From positions 704,001 through 768,000 of the forward strand of contig CAVRVY010000003.1 in assembly GCA_963724765.1 (NCBI GenBank): a stretch of 64,000 bases of DNA, read 5' to 3'. Below, in pieces: positions 18,747 to 28,572 of this stretch. A program made the translations under genes and the position numbers. Position 1 is the stretch's first letter. Each line of letters starts with the position of its first letter. This DNA is from an uncultured delta proteobacterium. GTDB taxonomy: Bacteria; Desulfobacterota; Binatia; Binatales; Binataceae. Below the pieces are notes generated by a model. It had not been told where the DNA came from and did no database searches. It saw only the letters and a list, made by a program, of their open reading frames with translations.

Positions 18747-20267
18747 TCAACGATGAGTATCCTCGAGCGAAGTCGGCGCCATGATCGATTTCAGGTAGCT
18801 CGGAGAGGGAATCGGATAGCCCCTGCCCCAGTTCAGAATTATCGTGCCGCGGGAATTCTGCACGTCGATTACGATCGGCCCTGGATTGGTGGTCGCCTTC
18901 ACGCCCACGTTCCATTCGGCGAACGGACCGCCGGCGTAGTCTTCCGACCAGCGCTTGGGCCACTGCCATACCTTCCACAGATGGCCTTTGCGATCGAAAG
19001 CCATCGTCCACCACGTGTCCCAGTTCTCCCCGTCCCAGAAGTTGATCACGGCGCTGTATGGATTGCGCGGATCCTTGGGCGTGCGCAGAACCACCGCGTA
19101 CTTGCGTAGCGACCATACGTCGTCGACCAGCAATCCGGTCGGGCCGTACAGATGCGTATCGGGCTGGCGCATGTCGTGGATCGCAAGCACCGTCTTCCAT
19201 CCCAGGAATTTCCAGTTCCAGTTAACCACCCGATCGGCGAAGCCATAGAAGTCCGCGATCGTATGGTCGGTTCCGAGCAATGAGTCGGATTTGATTTCCG
19301 CGGTGACCCGCCGCACGCGCCGTATCGCGGGCAGGTAGGCCCAGGAATCGTCGGCGCGAAATGGATCGTTGTAGCGCCACACGATAAACGCGGTGCCGCG
19401 AATATCGAATGGGGTATAGAAGCCGGTGAACTCCTTGAACTCGAAATCCTTCGCGTCCTGGACTCCGGGCAGCAATCCGCCGGTGCTTGCGTATGGCGCG
19501 AGATGCGAAAGGTAAAAGCGCCAGTACACGCAGCCCATCGTCCGTTGAATCGTGCCGCCGCCGCCGTATTGCGCGGTCACGTCGGTCGGCAGCGTAGAAG
19601 TGTGCGGTATGGTCCACAACCCGAGCGGCGCCGGCAGTGTTATCTTCTCACCGTCATGGTTGCCCGGCAGCCGCACGATCGAGAGCAGCCAGTTGAGCGC
19701 GCCGTGTCCGGCGTTCTGCCATCGATATTCGAAGTTCCACGCCGCCTTGATTCCCGAGTCCGGTTTGTCGGCGCTCAGGGTGTCGTCGGCGAACGGCTGG
19801 CCGCACTTGTAGTTGGCGATCGAACCGTCTTTTTTCAGCACCACCTGGTTCTGATACTTCTCGGTGCAATCCATGAAGTCCTGGCGCGGCAAATGACTGC
19901 GGGTTGCGACGATCCTGACCCGGGCCTCGGGAAAATTGAGCTGTTCGAGATAGCCGGGAACCATGAACGGCCGCAGCCGCTCGAGGTCCTTCGACGTGAG
20001 TACGTCGCCCGGTTTGAAATCGGGAATCGCGTTCTCATATTTATGCAGCCAATCGACGACCGTATTTACCGTGTACTGCGATATGTCCGGAGTCGTGGCG
20101 TCGCCCGCGGCGAAGCTGCACGGTGCATGGAGCAACGCCGCAGCGCTGAACAGGCAGCAGAAAATTAGATGGAGCGCCGGCTTAGACTTTGCTCGGCGAA
20201 CGGGCGATAAGTCGAATTGCCGCTCACGATGCTGCGTTGGGACTATAGCGGAAGCCGGTGATGCCAT
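18747..20267 (-). CDS. DUF1329-family exported protein
   Basis: Signal peptide; GQPF...SGIKAAWNF, PFDIRG, DDSWAYLPAIRRVRR, FDRKGHLWK. Confidence 0.85.
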   Translation of the reverse strand: MASPASAIVPTQHRERQFDLSPVRRAKSKPALHLIFCCLFSAAALLHAPCSFAAGDATTPDISQYTVNTVVDWLHKYENAIPDFKPGDVLTSKDLERLRPFMVPGYLEQLNFPEARVRIVATRSHLPRQDFMDCTEKYQNQVVLKKDGSIANYKCGQPFADDTLSADKPDSGIKAAWNFEYRWQNAGHGALNWLLSIVRLPGNHDGEKITLPAPLGLWTIPHTSTLPTDVTAQYGGGGTIQRTMGCVYWRFYLSHLAPYASTGGLLPGVQDAKDFEFKEFTGFYTPFDIRGTAFIVWRYNDPFRADDSWAYLPAIRRVRRVTAEIKSDSLLGTDHTIADFYGFADRVVNWNWKFLGWKTVLAIHDMRQPDTHLYGPTGLLVDDVWSLRKYAVVLRTPKDPRNPYSAVINFWDGENWDTWWTMAFDRKGHLWKVWQWPKRWSEDYAGGPFAEWNVGVKATTNPGPIVIDVQNSRGTIILNWGRGYPIPSPSYLKSIMAPTSLEDTHR

Positions 20268-20341
20268 TTTCGATGTTCCCTCCCTGACTGATGACCATTT
20301 GCGAAAGCGAAAAAGTGAATGAGTGGAAAAAGTGAAAACTG

Positions 20342-20386
20342 AAAAAAAGAAACTCGTGCGGCGGACTCTTCAGCCGCGCGGTTTCT
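20342..20386 (-). terminator. intrinsic terminator-like hairpin upstream of the DUF1329 gene
   Basis: Minus strand AGAAACCGCGCGGC-TGAAGAGTCC-GCCGCACGAGTTTC followed by T7. Confidence 0.6.
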
Positions 20387-20427
20387 CCAAGCAGGCGCTT
20401 TTACAGGTAGGTTCGTCTATATTTCGG

Positions 20428-20588
20428 TAAATCGATTGATTTACACGAATAATAGGTAAAAAAAAGGCGAATATAGATTCAGGGGAATCAAGAATCATGC
20501 AATTCAGGTCCCATATTGATGGCGAGTCGGCGAGCAGCTGATTATTTTTGAACATATTGCATTTAATCGATTGATTTACTCGATTAAT
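20428..20588. promoter_or_regulatory. two copies of a putative Rrf2 operator
   Basis: TAAATCGATTGATTTACACGAATAAT (20428-20453) and TTAATCGATTGATTTACTCGATTAAT (20563-20588), 23/26 identical; second is TTAATCGA-N9-TCGATTAA. Confidence 0.65.
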
Positions 20589-20671
20589 GTCGAAACCTAT
20601 CGACGCAATCCTCCGATGTCAAGTCCATGTGAGATGTTCTGCTTTCGCGATGCGCCCGGGGCGTGCCCGAA

Positions 20672-21130
20672 CTAGATCGAAAAGCTCAGCGATTCGCGGC
20701 CGGTCGCCGCGGTTTGCGAGCGCCTCAGTACGTCTTCGAGCGTGGTGGAATCGAGGATGGCGGCGATTGCGTCACGCACTTCCTTCATCAAAATTCTGAC
20801 TCCGCAGGTGCGCTCGTCGACGCATTCCTCGCATTTCTGGTAAGCGGTCCGGCTGGCGCATGGCAGCGGCGCCAGCGGCCCCTCCAGAATTCTCAGTACC
20901 TGGCCGATCGAGATATTTCCCGGCGGCTTGCTGAGCAGGTAGCCGCCGCCCTTGCCTTTGCGGCTATGGAGCACGCCGCGATTTTTCAGCTCGAGGAGAA
21001 TCAGTTCCAGAAATCTGCGCGGGATCTTCTCACGCGCCGCGATATCCGAAATCAGCACCGGCCCATGGCCGTGCTCCTGAGCGAGAACCATCAGCGCCTT
21101 GAGCGCGTATTTGGACTTCTGCGAAAGCAT
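20672..21130 (-). CDS. Rrf2 family transcriptional regulator (CymR/IscR-like)
   Basis: KYALKAL, IPRRFLELIL, SRKGKGGGYLL, LEGPLAPLPC...CEEC...C. Confidence 0.95.
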   Translation of the reverse strand: MLSQKSKYALKALMVLAQEHGHGPVLISDIAAREKIPRRFLELILLELKNRGVLHSRKGKGGGYLLSKPPGNISIGQVLRILEGPLAPLPCASRTAYQKCEECVDERTCGVRILMKEVRDAIAAILDSTTLEDVLRRSQTAATGRESLSFSI

Positions 21131-21313
21131 CGCTCAAAATGACCTAAGCAATTAACCCCAAGCAAATACTAAAGTCGATAAACCCGAGCGTCTGACCGAC
21201 TTCTATTTTGCACCTTCTTTGTGACTTCGACAAATCACCATTCGACCCCACCAGCGCGCGCGCCCCAAACGTACCTTTGCCCGGACCTATTCATATGAGT
21301 AGGCTTGCTTTTT

Positions 21314-22723
21314 ATGGATAAGACGGCCATCCAGACCTACGTCGAGCGGCTGTGGGATCAATCGATCCTGCCCGAATTGACCGAATACATTCGCATCCCC
21401 AACAAGTCGCCGGCTTTCGATCCTGAATGGCGCGCGCATGGGCACATGGACCAGGTGGTCGCACGCTTCACCGAGTGGGCAAAGCGCCAACCGATCAAGG
21501 GCCTGGCTCTGGAAGTGATGCAGCTGGAGGGCCGCACGCCGCTTCTGTTCATCGATATTCCGGGGGCCTCGCCCGAGTGCGTGCTGCTTTATGGGCACAT
21601 GGACAAGCAGCCGGAGATGACCGGATGGAGCCCAGGTCTGGGAGCGTGGCAGCCGGTGCTAAGGGACGAACGCCTTTACGGACGTGGCGCGGCGGACGAC
21701 GGCTATGCGATGTTCGCGTGCCTGGCGGCGATCGGCGCGCTCCAGGCCCAGTCGATCCCGCACGCGCGCTGCGTGATTCTGATCGAGGCCTGCGAGGAAA
21801 GCGGCAGCTTCGACCTGCCGTTCTACATCGATCATCTGGGCGAACGTATCGGCAAACCGAGCCTCGTGATTGCGCTGGACTCCGGCTGCGCCAACTACGA
21901 ACAGTTGTGGTGTACGACCTCGCTGCGGGGGCTCGCGGGCGGGACGCTCAAGGTCGAGGTGCTCACCGAGGGGGTTCATTCGGGTGACGCCGGCGGCGTC
22001 GTTCCCGACAGCTTCCGCATCGTGCGCCAGTTGCTGAGCCGCCTGGAGGACGAAGCGACGGGCCAAGTGCTGCCGGAGGAGTTTCACGTACAGATTCCCG
22101 AGGCCCGCCGACAGCAGGCCGTGGCGGCCGGCGCCGCGCTGGGCGAGAGTCTCTACACCAAGTTTCCGTTGACGCCGGGCACGCAACCGCTGAGCACGAA
22201 TCCAACCGAGTTGATTCTGAATCGCACCTGGCGCCCGGCGCTCTCGATTATCGGCGCCGACGGTCTGCCGCCGCCGGCGAGCGCGGGCAACGTGATGCGT
22301 CCGATGACCGCGGTAAAACTCTCGCTGCGGCTGCCGCCAACCTGCGACGGGCAGGCGGCGACGCGCAAGCTGCGAAGCCTGATGGATCAGAACCCGCCCG
22401 GCGGCGCGCGCGTGAGCTTCGAGGGCAACTGGGCGGCCAGCGGCTGGGATGCGCCGGCGCTGGCGCCGTGGCTCGAGCAATCGCTGGAGGAGGCGTCGCA
22501 AGCCTATTTTGGCAAGCCGGCCGCGTACATGGGCGAAGGCGGAACCATCCCGTTCACCAACATGCTGGGCGAGCGTTTTCCCGAGGCGCAATTTCTGGTC
22601 ACCGGGGTGTTGGGCCCGCACGCGAACGCGCACGGCCCCAACGAGTTTCTCCATGTACCCACCGGCAAGCGGGTCACCTGCTGCGTGGCCAAGGTGATCG
22701 CGGATCATTTTCGTCGTCGCTAA
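21314..22723 (+). CDS. M20 family metallopeptidase/dipeptidase
   Basis: YGHMDKQP, GRGAADDG, CEESGS, NAHGPNE. Confidence 0.93.
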   Translation: MDKTAIQTYVERLWDQSILPELTEYIRIPNKSPAFDPEWRAHGHMDQVVARFTEWAKRQPIKGLALEVMQLEGRTPLLFIDIPGASPECVLLYGHMDKQPEMTGWSPGLGAWQPVLRDERLYGRGAADDGYAMFACLAAIGALQAQSIPHARCVILIEACEESGSFDLPFYIDHLGERIGKPSLVIALDSGCANYEQLWCTTSLRGLAGGTLKVEVLTEGVHSGDAGGVVPDSFRIVRQLLSRLEDEATGQVLPEEFHVQIPEARRQQAVAAGAALGESLYTKFPLTPGTQPLSTNPTELILNRTWRPALSIIGADGLPPPASAGNVMRPMTAVKLSLRLPPTCDGQAATRKLRSLMDQNPPGGARVSFEGNWAASGWDAPALAPWLEQSLEEASQAYFGKPAAYMGEGGTIPFTNMLGERFPEAQFLVTGVLGPHANAHGPNEFLHVPTGKRVTCCVAKVIADHFRRR

Positions 22724-22925
22724 GCTCGCCGACGACCTACGCATTACGGCCATTGTCCGACGACGGGGCGATGACGCGGCCGCGGGAACCGTGAGACGCC
22801 GGCACATGTCGGCGCTACGGTTTGCCGCGCTTCCTGCGAGACGGTATATGAATCGTGCGACTGCGTGCGATCGCGTGCTATTGAAACTCCGCTCCGCTCC
22901 AAAATAAAAATGCTCGTGCAGGAGA

Positions 22926-24659
22926 ATGAACATGGCCGGGGCTATTAACAGATCCTCCGAAAGCGCGGCATCTGGCGCGGCCGCCGACGCTGGCCCGAAG
23001 ATTTCGGGTGGCAACCTGGTTGCCAAGGCGCTCAAGAACGAAGGCGTCGAAGCCATCTTCACGCTGTGCGGTGGCCATATCATCGACATCTACGACGGCT
23101 GCCTGAACGAGGGCATCAAGATTATCGACGTGCGCCACGAGCAGGTCGCGGCTCATGCCGCCGACGGCTACTGGCGCATCACCGGCAAGACGGGATGCGC
23201 GGTGGTCACGGCGGGCCCGGGCACGACCGACGCGATGACTGGCGTCGCCAACGCGTTCCGCGCCGAGAGCGCGATGCTGTTAATCGGCGGCCAGGGTCCG
23301 CTCGCGCAACATCGGATGGGCTCGCTGCAGGACTTACCGCACGTCGACATGATGCAGCCGATTACCAAGTTCGCGGCGACGGTGCCCACCACCGAACGAA
23401 TCGCCGACATGGTTAGCATGGCGTTTCGCGAATGCTACAACGGCGCGCCCGGACCGTCATTCCTGGAGATACCGCGCGACGTGCTCGATGCGCGCGTCGA
23501 TCTCGCCAGGACGCGCATCCCGGCCGCCAATCACTATCGTGCGTCGACCAAAAGCGCCGGCGATCCGCGCGATGTCGAGCGTCTCGCCGACATCCTGGTG
23601 AAATCGGCGCGCCCCTGCGTGCTGCTCGGCACCCAGGTCTGGAGCTGCCGGGCGGGCGCCGCGGCGATCGATTTCTGCCGGCGGCTCAATATTCCGGCTT
23701 ACATGAATGGCGCGGCGCGCGGGACTTTCGCGCCCGGCGACCCGCATCACTTTCATCAGACCCGTGGCTACGCCTTCGAGAAAGCCGACACTATCGTGAT
23801 CATCGGCACGCCGTTCGACTTCCGGATGGGCTACGGGCGCAGGCTGCGCGCCGACGCGACGGTGGTGCAGATCGATCTCGACTACCGCACCGTCGGCAAG
23901 AACCGCGACATCTCGCTGGGCATCGTCGGCGACGCCGGCGCGATCCTGTCCGCCGCGACCGAGGCTGCGAGCGGACGCGTCGACAATGGCGCGCGGCGGC
24001 GCGACGGATGGCTCAGCGAGTTGCGCGAGCAGGAGAACAAAAGCGCCGAGGCGATGCGCCCGCGGCTACTCTCCGACGCGAGCCCGATTCATCCGCTGCG
24101 CCTGGCGCACGAGATAAACCAGTTCCTGACCGAAAACTCGATCTTCATCGGCGACGGCGGCGACGTGGTCACTTTCTCGGGCGGTGTGATCCAGCCCAAG
24201 GCTCCCGGTCATTGGATGGATCCCGGACCGCTCGGCACGCTGGGCGTCGGCACGCCGTTCGCGCTGGCGGCGAAGCTTGCGCGGCCGGAAAAGGAAGTCG
24301 TCTGCCTGTTCGGCGACGGCGCGTTCGGACTGACCGGATGGGACTTTGAGACCTGCGTACGTTACGGACTGCCCTTCATCGGAGTGGTCGGCAACAACTC
24401 GCACATGAACCAGATTCGTTACGGGCAGACGTCGAAGTACGGCAAGACGCGCGGCGAGGTCGCAAATTACCTCGGCGACGTGCACTTCGAGCAGTTCGCC
24501 AAGATGCTCGGCGGCTATGGCGAAGAGGTCCGCGAGGCTAAGGATATCGGGCCGGCGCTCCGGCGCGCGCGTGAGTCCGGAAAATGCGCGCTCATTAATG
24601 TGTGGATCGATCCCGATGTTTACGCGCCGGGGACGATGAACCAGACAATGTATAAGTAA
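22926..24659 (+). CDS. TPP-dependent enzyme, probable oxalyl-CoA decarboxylase/2-hydroxyacyl-CoA lyase type
   Basis: RHEQVAAHAADG, TAGPG, PGPLGTLGVG, GDGAFG...NN; directly upstream of frc. Confidence 0.85.
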   Translation: MNMAGAINRSSESAASGAAADAGPKISGGNLVAKALKNEGVEAIFTLCGGHIIDIYDGCLNEGIKIIDVRHEQVAAHAADGYWRITGKTGCAVVTAGPGTTDAMTGVANAFRAESAMLLIGGQGPLAQHRMGSLQDLPHVDMMQPITKFAATVPTTERIADMVSMAFRECYNGAPGPSFLEIPRDVLDARVDLARTRIPAANHYRASTKSAGDPRDVERLADILVKSARPCVLLGTQVWSCRAGAAAIDFCRRLNIPAYMNGAARGTFAPGDPHHFHQTRGYAFEKADTIVIIGTPFDFRMGYGRRLRADATVVQIDLDYRTVGKNRDISLGIVGDAGAILSAATEAASGRVDNGARRRDGWLSELREQENKSAEAMRPRLLSDASPIHPLRLAHEINQFLTENSIFIGDGGDVVTFSGGVIQPKAPGHWMDPGPLGTLGVGTPFALAAKLARPEKEVVCLFGDGAFGLTGWDFETCVRYGLPFIGVVGNNSHMNQIRYGQTSKYGKTRGEVANYLGDVHFEQFAKMLGGYGEEVREAKDIGPALRRARESGKCALINVWIDPDVYAPGTMNQTMYK

Positions 24660-24689
24660 TGAGGAAGCCAGCAAGTAGTGAGGAATTAG

Positions 24690-25922
24690 ATGGACAAGGC
24701 GCTCTCGGGTGTGCGGATCCTGGATATGACCCACGTGCAGTCGGGCCCGAGCTGCACGCAGTTGCTGGCGTGGCTCGGCGCGGACGTGATCAAGTTGGAA
24801 TTGCCCGGCCGCGGCGACATCACGCGCGGGCAGCTTCGCGACGTGCCGGACGTCGACAGCCTGTACTTCACGATGCTCAATTGCAACAAGCGCAGTATCA
24901 CACTGAATATCAAGTCGGCGAAGGGCAAGCATATCCTGGACGAACTGATTAAACGCGCCGACATACTGGCCGAAAACTTCGGCCCCGGCGCGCTCGATCG
25001 CGAGGGCTTCACTTGGGAGCGTATTCGCGAGCTCAACCCGCGCCTCATCTTCGCCTCGATCAAGGGTTTCGGCCCCGGCCCATTTGAGGATTGCAAAGCC
25101 TACGAGACCATCGCGCAGGCGATGGGCGGTTCGATGAGCACTACTGGATTTGAGGACGGACCGCCGACCAGCACCGGCGCGCAAATCGGCGACACCGGCA
25201 CCGGAATGCATTTGGCGGCGGCGATTCTCGCCGCGCTCTACCAACGCACCCGCACCGGACGGGGCCAGCGCGTCGAGGTCGCGATGCAGGACTCGGTACT
25301 CAACCTGTGCCGGGTAAAGCTTCGCGACCAGCAACGGATCAAGCATGGGCCGCTGACGGAGTATCCCAACCGCACCTTCGGCGACGAAGTGCCGCGCTCG
25401 GGCAATGCGTCGGGCGGCGGCCAACCGGGCGCCGCGCTGCGCTGCGCACCGGGCGGCCCGAATGACTATTGTTACGTGATCATTCAGCCGCAGATCTGGA
25501 CCGCGCTCGCACGCATCGCCGGCCGCCCTGAACTTGCCGACGACTCGGCCTACGCCACGCCCGAGGCCCGCATCAAGCACCTCGACGAAGTCTTCGGCGC
25601 GATCGAGCAGTGGACGATGCGCCATACGAAGCACGATGTCATGCGCACGCTGATGGAGGCCGACGTTCCGTGCGGGCCAATCCTTTCGATGAAGGACTTG
25701 ATCGAGGACCCGGCGCTCGCCAGGCGCGGGATAGTCGCCGACGTCGAGCATCCGCAGCGCGGCACCTTCAAGACCGTCGGCTGCCCGCTGGCATTGTCCG
25801 ATAGTCCGGTCGAGATAACCTCGTCACCGCTGCTCGGGGAGCATACCGCCGGCATATTGCGCGAAGTGCTAGGATGCGATGACGCGGAGTTGGAACAGCT
25901 ACGCGCCGAAGGCGTTATCTGA
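24690..25922 (+). CDS. frc: formyl-CoA transferase
   Basis: [36 protein letters not shown], catalytic [14 protein letters not shown] loop. Confidence 0.93.
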   Translation: MDKALSGVRILDMTHVQSGPSCTQLLAWLGADVIKLELPGRGDITRGQLRDVPDVDSLYFTMLNCNKRSITLNIKSAKGKHILDELIKRADILAENFGPGALDREGFTWERIRELNPRLIFASIKGFGPGPFEDCKAYETIAQAMGGSMSTTGFEDGPPTSTGAQIGDTGTGMHLAAAILAALYQRTRTGRGQRVEVAMQDSVLNLCRVKLRDQQRIKHGPLTEYPNRTFGDEVPRSGNASGGGQPGAALRCAPGGPNDYCYVIIQPQIWTALARIAGRPELADDSAYATPEARIKHLDEVFGAIEQWTMRHTKHDVMRTLMEADVPCGPILSMKDLIEDPALARRGIVADVEHPQRGTFKTVGCPLALSDSPVEITSSPLLGEHTAGILREVLGCDDAELEQLRAEGVI

Positions 25923-25952
25923 TCACGCAACTCACGCCGGCCAACGCGCGCC

Positions 25953-26621
25953 TCACCTGACCCGATCCGGCGTGGCCGATGGCGGCGCGCCGGCCGCGTC
26001 GAGGCCCAAGTGCTGGCGTGTGAGTTCGGCCAGCGCGCGAGCCGCCGGATCGGAACTCCTTTCGAGGCGCTCGACCGTGCCGATTCGGTCCTCCACGGGC
26101 CGATTCTGTCCCATTTTGAACTTGCCCTCGATTCGATCGATCTCGATCGCGAAGCCGACGATCGCTTTGAGCATCGATGCCTTGAAGTCCGCGGGCAACG
26201 TGCCCGGCCACGGCTGCGGCATTCCCGCTTCGTAGATGCGGACTAATCTGTCGACCAGCGCAGCGAGCTGTTCCGCATCATGGATCGCACGGGGAATCCC
26301 GTAGACGTGCACGGTCGCGTAGTTCCAGGTCGGAACTGCGGGCGAGGTTGCGTACCAGCTCGGCGAGACATAGGCGTGCGGCCCGTCGAATATCACCAGG
26401 CATTGCCGATTGGCGTTGAAGGAGCGCCATTGCGGATTGGCGCGTGCGACGTGGCCGAGCAGCGTTCCGTGCCGGCCGCCGCTCCGATCGAGAATCAGCG
26501 GAAGGCGCGTCGCGATTGGCTGCTCGCCGGCAACCGTGACAAGTGTTCCAAAGCTGTAGGTCTCGATGAACTCGTGGAGCGTCGAGAAGTCCGTGACCTC
26601 GAACAATTTGGGTATATACAT
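25953..26621 (-). CDS. PaiB-like FMN-binding negative regulator
   Basis: MYIPKLF, GHVARANPQW, GPHAYVSPSWY, VPTWNY, GKFKMGQNR. Confidence 0.92.
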   Translation of the reverse strand: MYIPKLFEVTDFSTLHEFIETYSFGTLVTVAGEQPIATRLPLILDRSGGRHGTLLGHVARANPQWRSFNANRQCLVIFDGPHAYVSPSWYATSPAVPTWNYATVHVYGIPRAIHDAEQLAALVDRLVRIYEAGMPQPWPGTLPADFKASMLKAIVGFAIEIDRIEGKFKMGQNRPVEDRIGTVERLERSSDPAARALAELTRQHLGLDAAGAPPSATPDRVR

Positions 26622-26748
26622 CCGCGGGTCTCCCGGCCGATGGCCTCGGCACAAGTAGACTCGCGAAAGCTCCGGCATTCAATGGCGCCAGCCATGCGCC
26701 TGCCGCGGGCCATCGAAACAGGCCCAACCGCGCGCGCCGGCTGCTGAC

Positions 26749-27843
26749 TCAGGAATTCGCCGCGCCGTGACCGTTGCGCATCGAATAGCAGCGCGGCAGT
26801 ATCGCCCAGAATATGCTTCCCTTGCCGGGCTCGCTGGTGACCCCGACGCTGCCGCCCTGGGCTTCGACGATGCGCCGGGTTAGCGCCAGGCCGAGACCGG
26901 TGCCCTGATGCCGCCTGCTGGAAGATGAATCGAGCTGGTGGAATTCGATGAAGAGCTTCTTCAAATTCTCGGCGCGGATACCTTCGCCGTTGTCTTCGAC
27001 CTCGAGACGAAACCAGTCATTGCCGTCGGAGCGCATCCGAATCGTCACGCGCGTACCATTACCGCTGAACTTAATCGCATTCGATACGTAGTTGTACAAA
27101 ACCTGCCGCAGCTTGGCGGAATCGAGTACCACCTGGCCCAGCTCCGGCGCGACTTCGGCGTCGACCCTGATGTTCTTCTGTGCGGCCACGGCGCGCAGAA
27201 CCCCGCGGACCTCCTCGACCAGCGGCCCCGGCTCCACAGACTCGGGCGTGAATTCCATATTCCCCGATTCGACCTTCGCGAGGTCGAGCACATTATTGAT
27301 GAGGCTCAACAGGTGGCGCGCGCTCGAGAGAATGTCGCCCAGGCTCTGTTTGTATTCGGCGGTAGCCGGATCGATCCCTCCCGAGTAAAGCAATTGGCTA
27401 AAGCCGATGATGCCGTTGAGCGGCGTGCGCAACTCGTGCGACATGTTCGCCACGAAGGCGGACTTGAGCCTTGACCCTTCCAGGGCCTCGTCGCGCGTCC
27501 GCGCCAGCTCGACCTGCGCATCCTCAAGTTTCCGATTTGCATTTTCGAGCCGTGCCTGAGTTGGGACGCCGACCGCCCTGGCCACCAACGGAATCAGCGT
27601 AACGGCGCAGGCGAGCGCGGCAATCACAGTCACGGCCTTGGCCACGCCGGCCACCCAGTGGGTCGGGTACCAAACCGTCAGCAAGTCGAGTACTTGAGTA
27701 GTGCCGCAGGCGAGAACGAGGATTACGAACATCCAGAAGATCGAACGAAACGGGATGTCACGCCGCTTGCTGATGAAGTCGATCAACAACAGCGCAATTG
27801 AGTAATAGGCCAGCGCGACTATCGAATCCGATATTACGTACAC
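26749..27843 (-). CDS. sensor histidine kinase with ethylene-receptor-like 3-TM input domain
   Basis: SD..VALAYYSI...FISKRRDIPF...LACGTTQ; H-box SHELRTPL; NAIKFS, DNGEG, GTGLGL. Confidence 0.9.
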   Translation of the reverse strand: MYVISDSIVALAYYSIALLLIDFISKRRDIPFRSIFWMFVILVLACGTTQVLDLLTVWYPTHWVAGVAKAVTVIAALACAVTLIPLVARAVGVPTQARLENANRKLEDAQVELARTRDEALEGSRLKSAFVANMSHELRTPLNGIIGFSQLLYSGGIDPATAEYKQSLGDILSSARHLLSLINNVLDLAKVESGNMEFTPESVEPGPLVEEVRGVLRAVAAQKNIRVDAEVAPELGQVVLDSAKLRQVLYNYVSNAIKFSGNGTRVTIRMRSDGNDWFRLEVEDNGEGIRAENLKKLFIEFHQLDSSSSRRHQGTGLGLALTRRIVEAQGGSVGVTSEPGKGSIFWAILPRCYSMRNGHGAANS

Positions 27844-28119
27844 CAGCTTGCACGCCTAACTCTGAAGATTCCTAGAATGAAGAGTCGCCAGATTAACAGG
27901 CTTCGCTCGCCCGAGGAGTTCGATCGCACCGCAGACTATGAACGCTTCACATCCTGAGACAGCGAGAGTTCACTTCTATCGCTTGACGGCCATTCAAGCG
28001 AGCGAAGATCGGTCGCCTGCGGTACCAGAAGGGAGCATGCGGGAGACTGACGTGATTGGCTTGCCGCAAGCGCAACAATCGCTACGATGCACCGCGACGC
28101 CTCGATCTCGCAGGCTGCC

Positions 28120-28572
28120 TCAAAACAGCGCCGCTCCCGATTTGAGGTCGGAAACCTTGACCTCGACCTTGGAGGCGTCCTCGTGATGGGGCAGGCTGAC
28201 CGGCACACACGAGGCTTCGCCCTTCGTCATGTGATCGATTGGATAGCGGTTGCCGCAGAGCCGGCAGATCAGCATGCCGTGCGCGATGTCGTAGCCCTGG
28301 TGGAACTTGTAACACTGACGGCAGGCGTCGAAGACCGCGCTAACCTTGCCGTCGTTGCCGCGCGCGAGGAGAAAGCGCAACCGCTCGCCGGCCCGGTCGC
28401 GATAACAGAACAGATGCGCCTCACCGCTCTCCAGTTGCGCCATCGAGACCCTCAGCGTCTCGGCGCCCCGCAGCTCGGTGCAGCGTGGATGCAATACTGG
28501 GATCGCGGCCACGATCGCGACCGCCGCGAGAAGCGTTCCGACGGCGAGTTTTTTTGACCCAATCCTTCGCAT
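28120..28572 (-). CDS. DUF2318-family membrane-anchored Cys-rich (Fe-S) protein
   Basis: N-terminal TM; FDACRQC...GY...LICRLCGNRY...SCVPV. Confidence 0.85.
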   Translation of the reverse strand: MRRIGSKKLAVGTLLAAVAIVAAIPVLHPRCTELRGAETLRVSMAQLESGEAHLFCYRDRAGERLRFLLARGNDGKVSAVFDACRQCYKFHQGYDIAHGMLICRLCGNRYPIDHMTKGEASCVPVSLPHHEDASKVEVKVSDLKSGAALF

